From Candidatus Binatia bacterium (GTDB lineage Bacteria; Desulfobacterota; Binatia; Bin18), in NCBI GenBank assembly GCA_963666315.2, contig CAXXHG010000036.1:64001-128000 (forward strand): DNA of 64,000 nucleotides, given 5' to 3'. The translations under genes and the position numbers were made by a program. The notes under the pieces were generated by a model. It was not told where the DNA came from. It was given only the letters and a program-made list of their open reading frames with translations, and searched no databases. Shown here in pieces: positions 20,441 to 30,366 of the stretch; the first letter of the stretch is position 1; every line of letters starts with the position of its first letter.

Positions 20441-21393
20441 ATGACCCGCCCAATTCAATTCGGTCTCTTCCAGCCTCAAGTTGATTTACCCTTTTCTTTA
20501 CTCAAAGAACGCGCACTCGCCTGCCAAGAGTATGGTTTTCACTCCATTTGGTTCACCGATCATATGTGGGCACGCGGAATGAAACAGGTCGACTTCTTAG
20601 AAGGCTGGACGGTGATGTCGGCTATGGCCATGGTCACCAGCAAGATCCGAATCGGCGGCTTAGTATTGTGCAATTCTTATCGCAATCCCGCCTTCCTGGC
20701 CAAAATGGCAGCGAGCCTAGATAACATCAGTGAAGGCAGACTGGAAATCGGTCTGGGTGCGGGCTGGATGAATGAGGAATATGAGGCGTACGGCTATCCT
20801 TTTCCGTCTGGTGGGACCCGAGCGGATCAGCTCAAGGAAGGTGTCGAAATCCTGAAAAAAATGTTTACCGAAGATGCCGCGACTTACAGCGGTAAGTACT
20901 ACAAGATCGTTGCCGCCCACTGTAACCCCAAACCAATCCAGAAACCCTACCCGCCCATCACTATTGGTGCTATGGCCGAAAAAAAGGGCCTCAAGATCGT
21001 AGCCGAACACGCCGACCGTTGGAATTGCCCGGCGGCGGCCGCGCATCGAATCGAACAAAAATGGGGCTTGATTACCGACCATTGCAAAACAATCGGACGC
21101 AACCCGGCAGAGATAGAAATCTCAGAGCAGACGCTCGTTGTCCTGGGCAAAGACAAGCCGGATTTCGAGCGTAAATATCCAACCGCAAAAAAACGTTGGG
21201 ACGATTAGCGGATTTAGAAAAATGTGGCGTATGTGGTGACCCGGCTGGCGTCATCGATAGCCTGAGGAAGAAGAACAAAAAAGGCGTGACTCTGTTCACC
21301 CTGATGTTCAGCGACATGGCTCAGGATGACTTTCTCGCGACCTTACAGGTCTTTGCGAATGAGGTCATGCCCGCGTTTCGGTACAGGCTATGA
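20441..21393 (+). pseudogene. LLM-class (probably F420-dependent) oxidoreductase, frameshifted in an A run at ~21187-21193
   Basis: WFTDH, NSYRNPA.LAKM and GRLEIGLGAGW motifs. The C-terminus (GDPAGVID...FANEVMP) is in another frame; one extra A restores it. Confidence 0.8.
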
Positions 21394-21836
21394 GCCAAGA
21401 CACCAAATCTTTTAATGATTTTGAGATCGGCGACGAGATTGGTCCGGTCACCAAGACGCCGACCACGGCACAGGTGCTGCAATACGCGGAGGTCGCCCAC
21501 ATTCAAGGGCTCAAGTTCTTCTTCCATAAGAAAGCTGCCGAACAGGCCGGCTTAACAAAGCCCATTGTCCCCGGACCACTGAATACCACCTATTTGTGTC
21601 AGATGCTGAAAGACTTTTTTGTGGGCTGGCGTCTGCGTACGCTGAACACAACCTTCCGGACTCCCATTCGGCATGGGGAAACAATCTCGCTGTGGGGTAT
21701 GATTACGGAGAAAAACGAAGAAGACGGCGTGCCGACCGTGTACTGCGACTTAGTCGTCGAAAACGAGCAAGGCGAACGCGCCATTACCGGCACGGCGGTT
21801 ATGGTTCAGCAGACGCCTCGACCTGCTTCGAACTGA
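21390..21836 (+). CDS. MaoC/hotdog-fold dehydratase-like protein
   Basis: AEQAGLTKPIVPGPL, FRTPIRHG and VENEQGE motifs. Confidence 0.8.
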   Translation: MSQDTKSFNDFEIGDEIGPVTKTPTTAQVLQYAEVAHIQGLKFFFHKKAAEQAGLTKPIVPGPLNTTYLCQMLKDFFVGWRLRTLNTTFRTPIRHGETISLWGMITEKNEEDGVPTVYCDLVVENEQGERAITGTAVMVQQTPRPASN

Positions 21837-21859
21837 TGCCCCTTCCCCCACGGCTGACA

Positions 21860-22939
21860 CTATTTCATCATTTCATCTTGCTTGATCACTGCTTTGGCAA
21901 ACGCCTCAATTGTTTCGCGTGCATCCGCCACAGGCTGGACCGCGACTTGATTAATGCCGGCCTTCTTCATAGCCTGGACGGACTCTAATACTTCCTCTTT
22001 TGTTCCCGTCAATGTCGTGGCTCGAATCATCTTCTCGGTTACCAGTGGTTCGTGCTCTTTCTTAAAGCCTTGCAGATAGCCCTCGTAGAGTTTGAGGTGG
22101 CGCGTTTCGATAGAACCCTGCAGGCGCACGATAGGCGTTTTTGAAAGGCCATCAAGGTCATCACGCAAATCAGCGGGCAGGTCCTGCGGGTCGGGACATG
22201 AGAAGGCAAAAATATTACTCGACGAGGAGACAAACGGGCCGACGGCCTTGCGCACCCGAGACGTTTCCAATTTTTCGCCTTTTTTGGTGAGATGAAAAGC
22301 CGTCATACACAGGGTGTAAATCCGCTTGGGATTACGCCCTGCCCGCTCGGCCCCCGTTCGAATATGATTCATGGCGAATTCAATTAAACTTGGACTGACC
22401 GTCCCAAACAGAATAATCCCATCGGCAATTTCACCAGCTAATTCCAGCGTCTTTGGACCACTGGCGGCAACATAAATGGGAACTTTTTTCTTAATATTGA
22501 TCCAGCCGCCTTTGGGGTTGAGGAATTTAATCATGCGCCGTCGATCACCTTCCTGATACCACGTGGTATTCCCCGCTAAGAGTTCACGGCAAATTTCGAC
22601 GTGTTCACGCATCTGCGCCAACCGAGCGGCAGGCATACCAAGGGTCCGTCGGGCCGTATTGCCGGTCCCGATTCCAAGTATGGTCCGGCCGGGGGCGAGT
22701 TCGTTAATCGAAGCAATTGAGCAGGCCGTAACAGGCGCGATGCGCGAGGCCGGATTGGTCACGCCTGGGCCGAGTTTAATCTTCTTGGTATTGACGGCAC
22801 ACAGGGCGAGCGAGGCATACACATCGCTACACAGCATCTGAGAGTCATACAGCCAGGCGTGCGTATAGCCGCGCTTTTCAGCCAGCCTGACATCTTTATA
22901 AACATGCACCCCGCTAAAAAAAACATAACCATAGTCCAT
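21860..22939 (-). CDS. LLM-class (Mer-like) oxidoreductase
   Basis: WLYDSQM, LGPGVTNP.SR and AASGPKTLELAGEIADG motifs. Confidence 0.9.
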   Translation of the reverse strand: MDYGYVFFSGVHVYKDVRLAEKRGYTHAWLYDSQMLCSDVYASLALCAVNTKKIKLGPGVTNPASRIAPVTACSIASINELAPGRTILGIGTGNTARRTLGMPAARLAQMREHVEICRELLAGNTTWYQEGDRRRMIKFLNPKGGWINIKKKVPIYVAASGPKTLELAGEIADGIILFGTVSPSLIEFAMNHIRTGAERAGRNPKRIYTLCMTAFHLTKKGEKLETSRVRKAVGPFVSSSSNIFAFSCPDPQDLPADLRDDLDGLSKTPIVRLQGSIETRHLKLYEGYLQGFKKEHEPLVTEKMIRATTLTGTKEEVLESVQAMKKAGINQVAVQPVADARETIEAFAKAVIKQDEMMK

Positions 22940-22951
22940 GATTGCCTCCCC

Positions 22952-24325
22952 CTAGAGCGATTGTGTAAAGTTGTACATGTCTCTTTCGCTCTCAAGTTGT
23001 TTGACTGCATGATAGACACGCTCTACTCGGGGCGCGTCCCAGACCGATTTCACCAAATCTCTATATTTATCCGTCAGTTGATCCCACGACAGCGGATTCT
23101 CCGGATCACCTTTGGGAAAACGGACCTGAGCAGAAACCTCGCGTCCGTCCTGGAGCTTGACCTTAGCCCAAGCCGGCCACTCCTTGGGATAGTTGTGTTC
23201 CAAGGCAGGATCACGTTCATAGTCTACCTTCGCCATGAGCGCGCCGATTTCCGCATCGTGGAGCATGGTTTCAGTAAATTCATCTAAGCCCGCCCGCCGC
23301 TTTGCCAACGCCACAGCCACACCAAACGGCAGACTGAACTGCGCCTCAACCACATTCGTCGGTCGGGATTTGCGGTCGGCGGGTTCGCAGATCACTGGGA
23401 TGCCGGTCTCCAGCATGCCTATGGTGATTTGCTCAACCTGCTGGGGCTGGATGTCGTACTCATGCGCGACTTTCAGGACAGCATCGATGGGCGCCTGGGT
23501 ATAGCGACAGCAGGCGTGTGGCTTGACCGCGGTTTGAAGAATCTGGAAATCGTCACCTAAGCCCTGTGTAATTTTGCTAGGATCAGGATTGACTGCATAG
23601 GCTTTCAGAAAGCCACCTCGGCCCTCGAGTATCGTAGTCGGGCCAATAAAACCTTCTTTTGCCAAAAGCGCGGCATGCAGCCCACTAAACGCCGCCCAGC
23701 CCGGATGGAAGCGCTTGGTCCAGGCACCTGCGGTCAGAAACTCCATCGATCCGGCTGACTGGCTGCCGGCAATACCCAAAGCGGAAAGGAACTGCGGCTC
23801 GTCGAGATGCAGCAGCCTGGCTGCACTGGCCGCAGCACCAAAGGTGCCGCAGGTGGCAGTGGGATGAAAACCGCGCGCATAGTGATCTGCGGGCTTGAGC
23901 GCCATGGCAAGCCGCGCAGCAACCTCAAAGCCGGCCACAGTCGCCGTAAGAAATTCTTTACCACTTGCCCCAAGAGACTCGGCCATGGCCAAGGCCGCAG
24001 AAAAGACCGACACTCCGAGATGGATTGAGCCGCCTTGGTGGGTGTCATCCAATTCCAAACTGTGCGCCGCAGTCCCATTGGTCAAAGCCGCATAGGGCAA
24101 GGTCGTTTTTTGCGTACGGCCTAAGACTGTCCCAGAGCCCTCAGGAGCCAGGGTTTGGGCAATCCGGTAGAGCGGCTGGCTGGAATCAGACAGCGATCCA
24201 CGTATGGCAACACCCAGATAATCGAGGAAAAAATACTTGGCCCGGTCAACGACTTCCGGCGGGAGGGCCTCGTATTGCAGTTCAGCACAAAATGAAGCGA
24301 GATAACGGGTTAAGGGGATTTCCAT
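22952..24325 (-). CDS. MmgE/PrpD family protein
   Basis: AHSLELDDTH, GFHPT, KPHACCRY, AQFSLP and PKGDPENP motifs. Confidence 0.93.
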   Translation of the reverse strand: MEIPLTRYLASFCAELQYEALPPEVVDRAKYFFLDYLGVAIRGSLSDSSQPLYRIAQTLAPEGSGTVLGRTQKTTLPYAALTNGTAAHSLELDDTHQGGSIHLGVSVFSAALAMAESLGASGKEFLTATVAGFEVAARLAMALKPADHYARGFHPTATCGTFGAAASAARLLHLDEPQFLSALGIAGSQSAGSMEFLTAGAWTKRFHPGWAAFSGLHAALLAKEGFIGPTTILEGRGGFLKAYAVNPDPSKITQGLGDDFQILQTAVKPHACCRYTQAPIDAVLKVAHEYDIQPQQVEQITIGMLETGIPVICEPADRKSRPTNVVEAQFSLPFGVAVALAKRRAGLDEFTETMLHDAEIGALMAKVDYERDPALEHNYPKEWPAWAKVKLQDGREVSAQVRFPKGDPENPLSWDQLTDKYRDLVKSVWDAPRVERVYHAVKQLESERDMYNFTQSL

Positions 24326-24392
24326 AGCTTGAGCCCCGTATCGGGAACTCCATAGTCTAAGTCTCTGTCGCGTTTTACGTGCCTATCGACTG

Positions 24393-24454
24393 TGTCACCC
24401 TGAGCAACGCGAAGGGTCTCTCTGAGAGATTCTTAGCATCCGCTCAGAATGACA
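24393..24454. repeat. Palindromic intergenic repeat (GTCACCCTGAGC...GCTCAGAATGAC family)
   Basis: Hairpin; half copies inside the MITE at ~1693-1718 and at 43636-43662. Confidence 0.75.
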
Positions 24455-24503
24455 GGAATAGGCGAAAGAAATAAACCCCAGGAACGCAACCGATATCGAA
24501 TTC

Positions 24504-25523
24504 CTATAACTTCGGAATCACCTTCTCACCAAACGTCCGTATGGCTTGCAACGTCTTCTCATGTGACGGACCGCCCGGCTGGCGGAAGCGAAGAATCAAA
24601 TAATCCGGCTGAATCGCTTCTTTCCACATTTGAAGCTGATCCAAACAGTCCTCCGGCGAGCCCACAATGAGCCGTTCTTTGGCCGCCTTCTCAAACGTCA
24701 ACTCCTCAGGAGTCTTCACATCTTTGATGTGTTCATCCGGGACGTAAGCGTCATACTCGAAATAAAAGCGGTGCGTATACATAGTCGGCTCGCTGGCGGC
24801 TTCGGCTGCGGCCATGCTGTCGGCAACGATCGCGTCACGCATCAAACAGATATACGGCTTGCGTCCAGCCTTTTCTGCGGCGGCGCGGTAGAGCGAGGCA
24901 TAGTCTTTAATGACGCTCAGGCTCTGCACTGGATCAGCAATCCAGCCATCCGCCAGCCGCCCTGCTCGGCGCAGGCCAATCGGCGTCCAGGACGCCATCC
25001 ATATTGGCGGGCCCGGCTTCTGGATGGGACCTGGAGTAATCAGGGTGTCCTTGTATTGAAAATGTTTGCCGTCAAAAGAGAAGCGCTCACCTGCCCAACT
25101 CTTACGGATAATCTCAATCCCTTCTTCAGTTCGAGACGCACGTTCGGTCACGGGTATCCCAAACGCATCAAAGTCGTGCGGCTGATAGCCCACGCCGATG
25201 CTCAGCACCAGCCGGCCCTTGGTAGCCTGGTCAATCACGGCGCAGTCTTCCGCAACGTGAACAGGATGATGCAGCGGCATGAGCAACACACACGTGCCGA
25301 CCTTGATCCGCTCAGTCTTCATGCCTACGAGTCCGGCCAATAGCAGCGGGTTGGGCAGATAGCCGTCTTCCTGCTGGTGGTGTTCGGTAATAAAGCAGCC
25401 GTCCCAGCCACTGGCCTCGGCCGCTTGAGCTTCGGCAACGATTTCGTCTATCACCGTAGCCATATTCGCCCCGGACGGGGGATCTTGAGTGCAGGGTAGA
25501 TAGCCAATTGGTAGCATACACAT
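24504..25523 (-). CDS. LLM-class oxidoreductase
   Basis: FITEHH, PLHHPVHVAED and GSPEDC motifs. Confidence 0.92.
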   Translation of the reverse strand: MCMLPIGYLPCTQDPPSGANMATVIDEIVAEAQAAEASGWDGCFITEHHQQEDGYLPNPLLLAGLVGMKTERIKVGTCVLLMPLHHPVHVAEDCAVIDQATKGRLVLSIGVGYQPHDFDAFGIPVTERASRTEEGIEIIRKSWAGERFSFDGKHFQYKDTLITPGPIQKPGPPIWMASWTPIGLRRAGRLADGWIADPVQSLSVIKDYASLYRAAAEKAGRKPYICLMRDAIVADSMAAAEAASEPTMYTHRFYFEYDAYVPDEHIKDVKTPEELTFEKAAKERLIVGSPEDCLDQLQMWKEAIQPDYLILRFRQPGGPSHEKTLQAIRTFGEKVIPKL

Positions 25524-25935
25524 TCTCCTTTATCCGGCAGATCGGTGTGCTGCCGTTAAAGCAAAAACACGAAAAAGTGTCTATTGCCCCGAGTTTTTCC
25601 AATGCTGACTCTTTTCCTATATAAGGATTCAGGACTCTCCGACAGCGCACTAGATTCCACACCCCATACGGCGGAGCCGCTGGGTCTAGAGAAAACCACC
25701 CACCCGAGCCGAACCATTGCCGGGTGTCGCTCGTATAGTCCGTGCAGAAAATATTTTTGAGGAGGAACCCGACAGATGCTCCTACTCTCATTCTTGAGCC
25801 ACACACTTGTGCTTACGCGGATCTCATTCATAAGTCCACCGGCTCACAGCACTCCTTCCGCGTCCTGGACGACGAACCATTCGTGTTTGCTGTGGTTCTG
25901 TACGGCGGCTTTCAGCTTGTCACTAGCTAAGCGGT

Positions 25936-25983
25936 GTGATCTTTTTGCTACGTATGTATTTGGTAGTGTGGCTTTTCGCCACA
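25936..25983. promoter_or_regulatory. Candidate enhancer (bEBP binding sites)
   Basis: Perfect-armed TGTGGC-N5-GCCACA at 25967-25983, plus a degenerate site 31 bp upstream; about 200 bp before a sigma54 motif. Confidence 0.55.
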
Positions 25984-26057
25984 GCGCCTCGCCATATTTG
26001 CTACCTCAAGTACACCAGAATGTATACTCAGTTGACTCGTCGAGAGCTCCTTTCGTC

Positions 26058-26107
26058 ATGGATAGGAATGGATGGGAATGGATCGGAATGAATGGGCATG
26101 AACGGGA
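26058..26107 (+). repeat. Five 10-bp tandem repeats
   Basis: ATGGATAGGA ATGGATGGGA ATGGATCGGA ATGAATGGGC ATGAACGGGA. Confidence 0.85.
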
Positions 26108-26176
26108 CGCTTCAACCTCAACTCCGCTGGAATTCGAGGTGTGGTAAGAAGCAAAACACAAAAGCACTGAAATAGT

Positions 26177-26192
26177 TGGTACGCTCCTTGCA
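26177..26192 (+). promoter_or_regulatory. Sigma54 -24/-12 promoter
   Basis: TGGTACG-CTCC-TTGCA, one mismatch to TGGCACG-N4-TTGCW. Confidence 0.75.
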
Positions 26193-26234
26193 TCCTTAAT
26201 TCTTAATAGAGAAACCAAAAAGGGGCCTTTCAGC

Positions 26235-26432
26235 ATGACCTCGCAACCGACCTCAACCTTGCTCAAGCTTGTCAGAACGGTGAACGCATACACTGCCGAT
26301 GATCAGGAAGTGGTCGCGACGGTCACCTATCTTGTAAACAGCGGGAAAGTCCGTTTAGGCGGCATTTTCGCGGGAGCCCACATTGGTCCGACCGCCGACG
26401 CAATCGAGTACCACTTGCTACCAAACGGTTGA
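26235..26432 (+). CDS. Small uncharacterised protein (65 aa)
   Basis: AAGGGG RBS and an upstream sigma54 motif; ordered helix-helix-strand pattern TLLKLVRTV..DQEVVATVTYLVNSGKVRL.G.FAG. Confidence 0.7.
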   Translation: MTSQPTSTLLKLVRTVNAYTADDQEVVATVTYLVNSGKVRLGGIFAGAHIGPTADAIEYHLLPNG

Positions 26433-26522
26433 GACCAGCCGGGCGCCAGACGGAAACGGCAACCAGTTGGTCCAGAGGGGCCTCTTCTTCATCAACTCTG
26501 GGGGTAAGGAAAATCGCTATTC

Positions 26523-26948
26523 TCAGGATGACCTTGCTGGACCTATGAACGGCGATTTGACCTCTGTCAGCGTCAGAATCTTCCAGACTCCTCCGTCCTG
26601 GCGAAAAGTATAGAAATAGCTTCCCTGTTCTAATTGTGATCCGTCGGCCTTATAGCGAACGAGATCAGCACTGCCAGCGGCCGTTGTTTCCGACAACGGC
26701 CAGACCTCAATCTGGTCAACCTCAGTATGATCCCAGCCTCGACTTTGAATAGAAACCATTATTTCCTGATAGAAACGTTGTTGGTCTGATTCTTTGGTAT
26801 GAACGACCATACCCTGCTCACCGCTTAAGATCGCATTCGGATAGCAGAATGAACGCAGATAGAGATCCGTATCTTCCCGGTTAAATCCGTCGATAAAGCT
26901 CCGATAGAATGTTGCCACATCTTGAATAATCCTCTCGGTGTCGGCCAT
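26523..26948 (-). CDS. NTF2-like fold protein
   Basis: FY..FIDGFN, RYKADGS and GVWKI motifs; GAGGAG RBS. Confidence 0.75.
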   Translation of the reverse strand: MADTERIIQDVATFYRSFIDGFNREDTDLYLRSFCYPNAILSGEQGMVVHTKESDQQRFYQEIMVSIQSRGWDHTEVDQIEVWPLSETTAAGSADLVRYKADGSQLEQGSYFYTFRQDGGVWKILTLTEVKSPFIGPARSS

Positions 26949-27327
26949 TTGTTTCTCCTCACAATACGTTAAAGAATTGGTCCACCGGACAGCCGGTCGT
27001 CTGCCCAAAGCCCTCTTGCACCTAGACACGGTGCGGCTCACTGTATCTCGCCGCTTGCCCTGAGATCAAGACAACGACTGCTATCCCGAGGCCAATCTTA
27101 ACACAGAACAAACCACAAACTAGGTATAAAGCCAAAATGGTCTTATATAGGTAGAATAGCCTTGATAAATACGCTGTATCCATCCGAATAATAAACGTAG
27201 GCAGTGACAAAAGCGACATTGTACTTCTCCTGGATAAAGTTTATAAGGAAGGAAAAAAGTAATGCAGGCGTTTAGTATATACTAACATAGAGCAGAAATT
27301 TACAGAAAAAGTAGGGAGGATATTCAT

Positions 27328-28176
27328 ATGGCACAGAATCAGAATGAAGAACTAGAGCAGCTCTCTGCTGAAAAAGAGCGCTATCGAGTCATTGCTGAAC
27401 TCACCTCAGATTACGCATATACCTTACGCGCAGAGTCTGAAACGAAAGTCGTTCTAGACTGGGCGAATGGGGCTTATTCGCGTTTGACCGGACTGGGCGA
27501 GACAGACCTACATCGCGGCGTCACGCAGGCGCGCTGGATCAGAACGGCTCACACTACGGATCGCGCCTCTATGCAGAAGCGTATGGACACGCTGCTTTCC
27601 GGCGAATCCATCACGACAGAGTATAAAATCGTGAGCAAGACCGGAGAGACGCGCTGGCTGCGAGATATTGGACGGCCGATTCTTGACGACGACGGACGGG
27701 TGATACGGATTTATTGCGCTGCCCAAGACATTACGGAGGACATGCGTAAGGCAGAACTCATTGACGACCGCACCCTTGATCCTAAGGCATTATGCGGCAA
27801 CCTGCGGAAATTTCGCCACAAGCTGAAACTCAGCCAGAAAGTCTTTGGCAAAACCTTCGGCGAATACAGCCAACGGCAGATCACCAGCTATGAAACCGGC
27901 GAATCGGAAATCCCTCTCGGCCTCTTGCTTCGCATTCGCGATGCAGGCTATCCACTCGACGTCGTCCTGGGTGAAGGCAAGACTACTGCGCTTGATCAGG
28001 TCGTGGGTTATCTGGCTGCCAGCGCGCGGGCGCATGACAAGGCCCGCCAATCGGCTCAGTCTATCTGTGATATGCTTGCCAATGAGTGCGACACGATTAA
28101 AGAAATCATGCGGGAATTAGGCCTTCCTGACGATTTGAAGAACGGCGCGCGCATGCGTCGCCGCCGCCCTGCCTAA
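27328..28176 (+). CDS. PAS/PAC - XRE HTH one-component regulator
   Basis: EYKIVSKTGETRWL..GRP...AAQDITE (PAC) followed by NLRKFR..LKLSQ..F....SQRQITSYETG (XRE HTH). Confidence 0.85.
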   Translation: MAQNQNEELEQLSAEKERYRVIAELTSDYAYTLRAESETKVVLDWANGAYSRLTGLGETDLHRGVTQARWIRTAHTTDRASMQKRMDTLLSGESITTEYKIVSKTGETRWLRDIGRPILDDDGRVIRIYCAAQDITEDMRKAELIDDRTLDPKALCGNLRKFRHKLKLSQKVFGKTFGEYSQRQITSYETGESEIPLGLLLRIRDAGYPLDVVLGEGKTTALDQVVGYLAASARAHDKARQSAQSICDMLANECDTIKEIMRELGLPDDLKNGARMRRRRPA

Positions 28177-28238
28177 GCGGCGCGTAAACGGCTACACGGA
28201 CGACGGGGAACCGTCGTCCGTGTCTTTCATGCCTGGTC

Positions 28239-29477
28239 CTACTTCTTTGGGTCCTCGACAAGGACGCCTTGCTCACGCAGGGCTTGAATCCTCTCCGGCG
28301 TATACCCACACAGGTCCTGCAGTAATTCTTGTGTATGTTGACCCAGCCGTGAGGCCGGCCCGGGGATACGAGGCGGGGTTTTGGAAAACTTATGCGGCGA
28401 CTTGAGTAGCATGAGTTCTCCGTAGCCGGGATTCGGGGGTTTTTCTACCATGCGCTTACTCAAGTGCGGATCAGTGGCAAACTGGCCGATGGACAAAATG
28501 GGAGCAACCGGCAGCCGTAATTCATCGGCCAATATTCGAATCGCTGCTTCGTCGCTCGGCAGCGATTGCAGCCACTCCTCAATAATGACCCGCAGCGCGG
28601 CTGCATTTTGAATCCGCCAGCGGTTTGTTTTAAATTCAGGCGAGGTCAGTAGGTCTTCGCGCCCCATACGTTTCACCATCGTCACCCAGTGATCTTCGGT
28701 AATCAGTCCAATGGCGATATAGCCGTCTTTCGACTTAAACGACCCATAGGGGAAGGCGCCAGCGCGCTGCGTCCCGCCGCGCTGCGGATCTACCTCACCA
28801 TCGGTCACGCTATACGCGGCGAGGGCCCAGTCGTGGGAGTTATACGTACAGTCCACCAAGGCTAAATCAATATATTGGCCTTCGCCCGTGCGCTGACGGT
28901 GAAACAGGGCCGCCATGATTGCACCAAAGGCATTCAGGGCCGCCATGTGATCACCAATCGCCGAGCCCGGATAGGCCGGATAGCCATCCGGATCACCAAC
29001 CATATGGAGTACACCGCCTACGGCTAACGCCACGAGATCGTTTCCAATCCGGCGCGAATACGGCCCAGTCTGGCCATAGGTTGAGACTGAACACATGATG
29101 ATCTTGGGGTTGAGCTGTGAGACCGATTCATACGTAAAGCCGTAATTGGCCATAATGCCGGGCGTAAAATTTTCAAACAAGACGTCCGCAGACTTGATCA
29201 AGTCTTGAATAACCTGCTGTCCTGCCGGCGTCTTTATGTCCACGCAGATACTCTTCTTGCCCCGGTTGTGCATGATGAAATAACTCGGGGTTGCGCCGTC
29301 ACGTCCATCTTTGGGAACAATGCGAATATGCCGACTATGCTCACCCTTGGGCGGGAGTTCGACTTTGATCACCTCTGCCCCCAGATCAACCATAAGCCGC
29401 GTGGCCTGAGGGCCAGCTAGCCACTGCGTCAAATCAAGAATACGAATTCCTTCAAGAATCTGTGTTGGCGTACTCAT
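28239..29477 (-). CDS. Family III CoA-transferase (CaiB/BaiF)
   Basis: ILDLTQWLAGP, GAEVIKVE, NRGKKS, ENFTPG, IGD and LGQHT motifs. Confidence 0.95.
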   Translation of the reverse strand: MSTPTQILEGIRILDLTQWLAGPQATRLMVDLGAEVIKVELPPKGEHSRHIRIVPKDGRDGATPSYFIMHNRGKKSICVDIKTPAGQQVIQDLIKSADVLFENFTPGIMANYGFTYESVSQLNPKIIMCSVSTYGQTGPYSRRIGNDLVALAVGGVLHMVGDPDGYPAYPGSAIGDHMAALNAFGAIMAALFHRQRTGEGQYIDLALVDCTYNSHDWALAAYSVTDGEVDPQRGGTQRAGAFPYGSFKSKDGYIAIGLITEDHWVTMVKRMGREDLLTSPEFKTNRWRIQNAAALRVIIEEWLQSLPSDEAAIRILADELRLPVAPILSIGQFATDPHLSKRMVEKPPNPGYGELMLLKSPHKFSKTPPRIPGPASRLGQHTQELLQDLCGYTPERIQALREQGVLVEDPKK

Positions 29478-29546
29478 CGTGTCTCCCCCGCCCTAGACCG
29501 TCGGACAGAATATTCCCAACCTGCTCAACCTTGCCGACCAGAGTGA

Positions 29547-30308
29547 TTATATGCTCTTGCCTGCGGCAAACCCGCCATCAATGGGGATGGTTGCCCCAGT
29601 CATAAAGTTCGCGTCAGCCGAGGCCAAAAACAACATCAGCGCGGCAATTTCTTCCGGCTGAGCCCAACGACCTGCGGGATGGGCCTTCTTGAGCGAGGCG
29701 ACGACATCGGGGTTATCGAAATACCCAGCCGTCATCGACGTTTCGACTACGCCGGGTGCAATCGCGTTCACCTGAATATTCTTGTCGCCCAATTCCATAG
29801 CCATCTCTTTGGTGAGGCCGACTACCGCGTGTTTCGATGCAACATAGGCCGCACGGTTGGGCACCGCCATGAGACCAGCGACGGAAGAGAGATTAATAAT
29901 TTTTCCGCCTTTGCCTTGAGCGACCAGGTGTTGCGCCACGGCTTGGCTACACAAAAACGTCCCGGTCAGGTTCGTACCGATGACCTTCAGCCACTCTTCC
30001 GCCAGCAACTCCAAGAACGGCACAATCTCCCGCACGCCTGCGCTGTTTATGAGCACATCGAGTGATCCCAGTCCGGCGACTGCGTTAGCCACCATCGCCT
30101 GTACGGAATCCGGCTCCATCACGTTCACCTGGACGGCAATGGCTTTTCGGCCGAGTCCTTCCACCGCTTGAACCGTGGCCTGTGCACTCTCAAGGCGCAC
30201 ATCGGCCGCGGCAATCGCCGCGCCTTCTTTGGCAAACGCCAGACTAGCCGCCCGCCCAATACCACTCCCGGCACCAGTAATAAGTACGTTGGTCTTTTCA
30301 AATCGCAT
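29547..30308 (-). CDS. Short-chain dehydrogenase/reductase
   Basis: TGAGSGIG, NSAG, YVASK and IDGG motifs. Confidence 0.93.
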   Translation of the reverse strand: MRFEKTNVLITGAGSGIGRAASLAFAKEGAAIAAADVRLESAQATVQAVEGLGRKAIAVQVNVMEPDSVQAMVANAVAGLGSLDVLINSAGVREIVPFLELLAEEWLKVIGTNLTGTFLCSQAVAQHLVAQGKGGKIINLSSVAGLMAVPNRAAYVASKHAVVGLTKEMAMELGDKNIQVNAIAPGVVETSMTAGYFDNPDVVASLKKAHPAGRWAQPEEIAALMLFLASADANFMTGATIPIDGGFAAGKSI

Positions 30309-30366
30309 ACAGTCCTCCAGAATCTCCAAAACAAAAGGCGCGGCAGGCTGCCCCTCTCCAGGCTCT

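Noticed and set aside
21181-21200. Programmed -1 frameshift at the A7-C run in the LLM gene
   Set aside because: No obvious stimulatory structure or reason for two products; a homopolymer error or mutation is simpler
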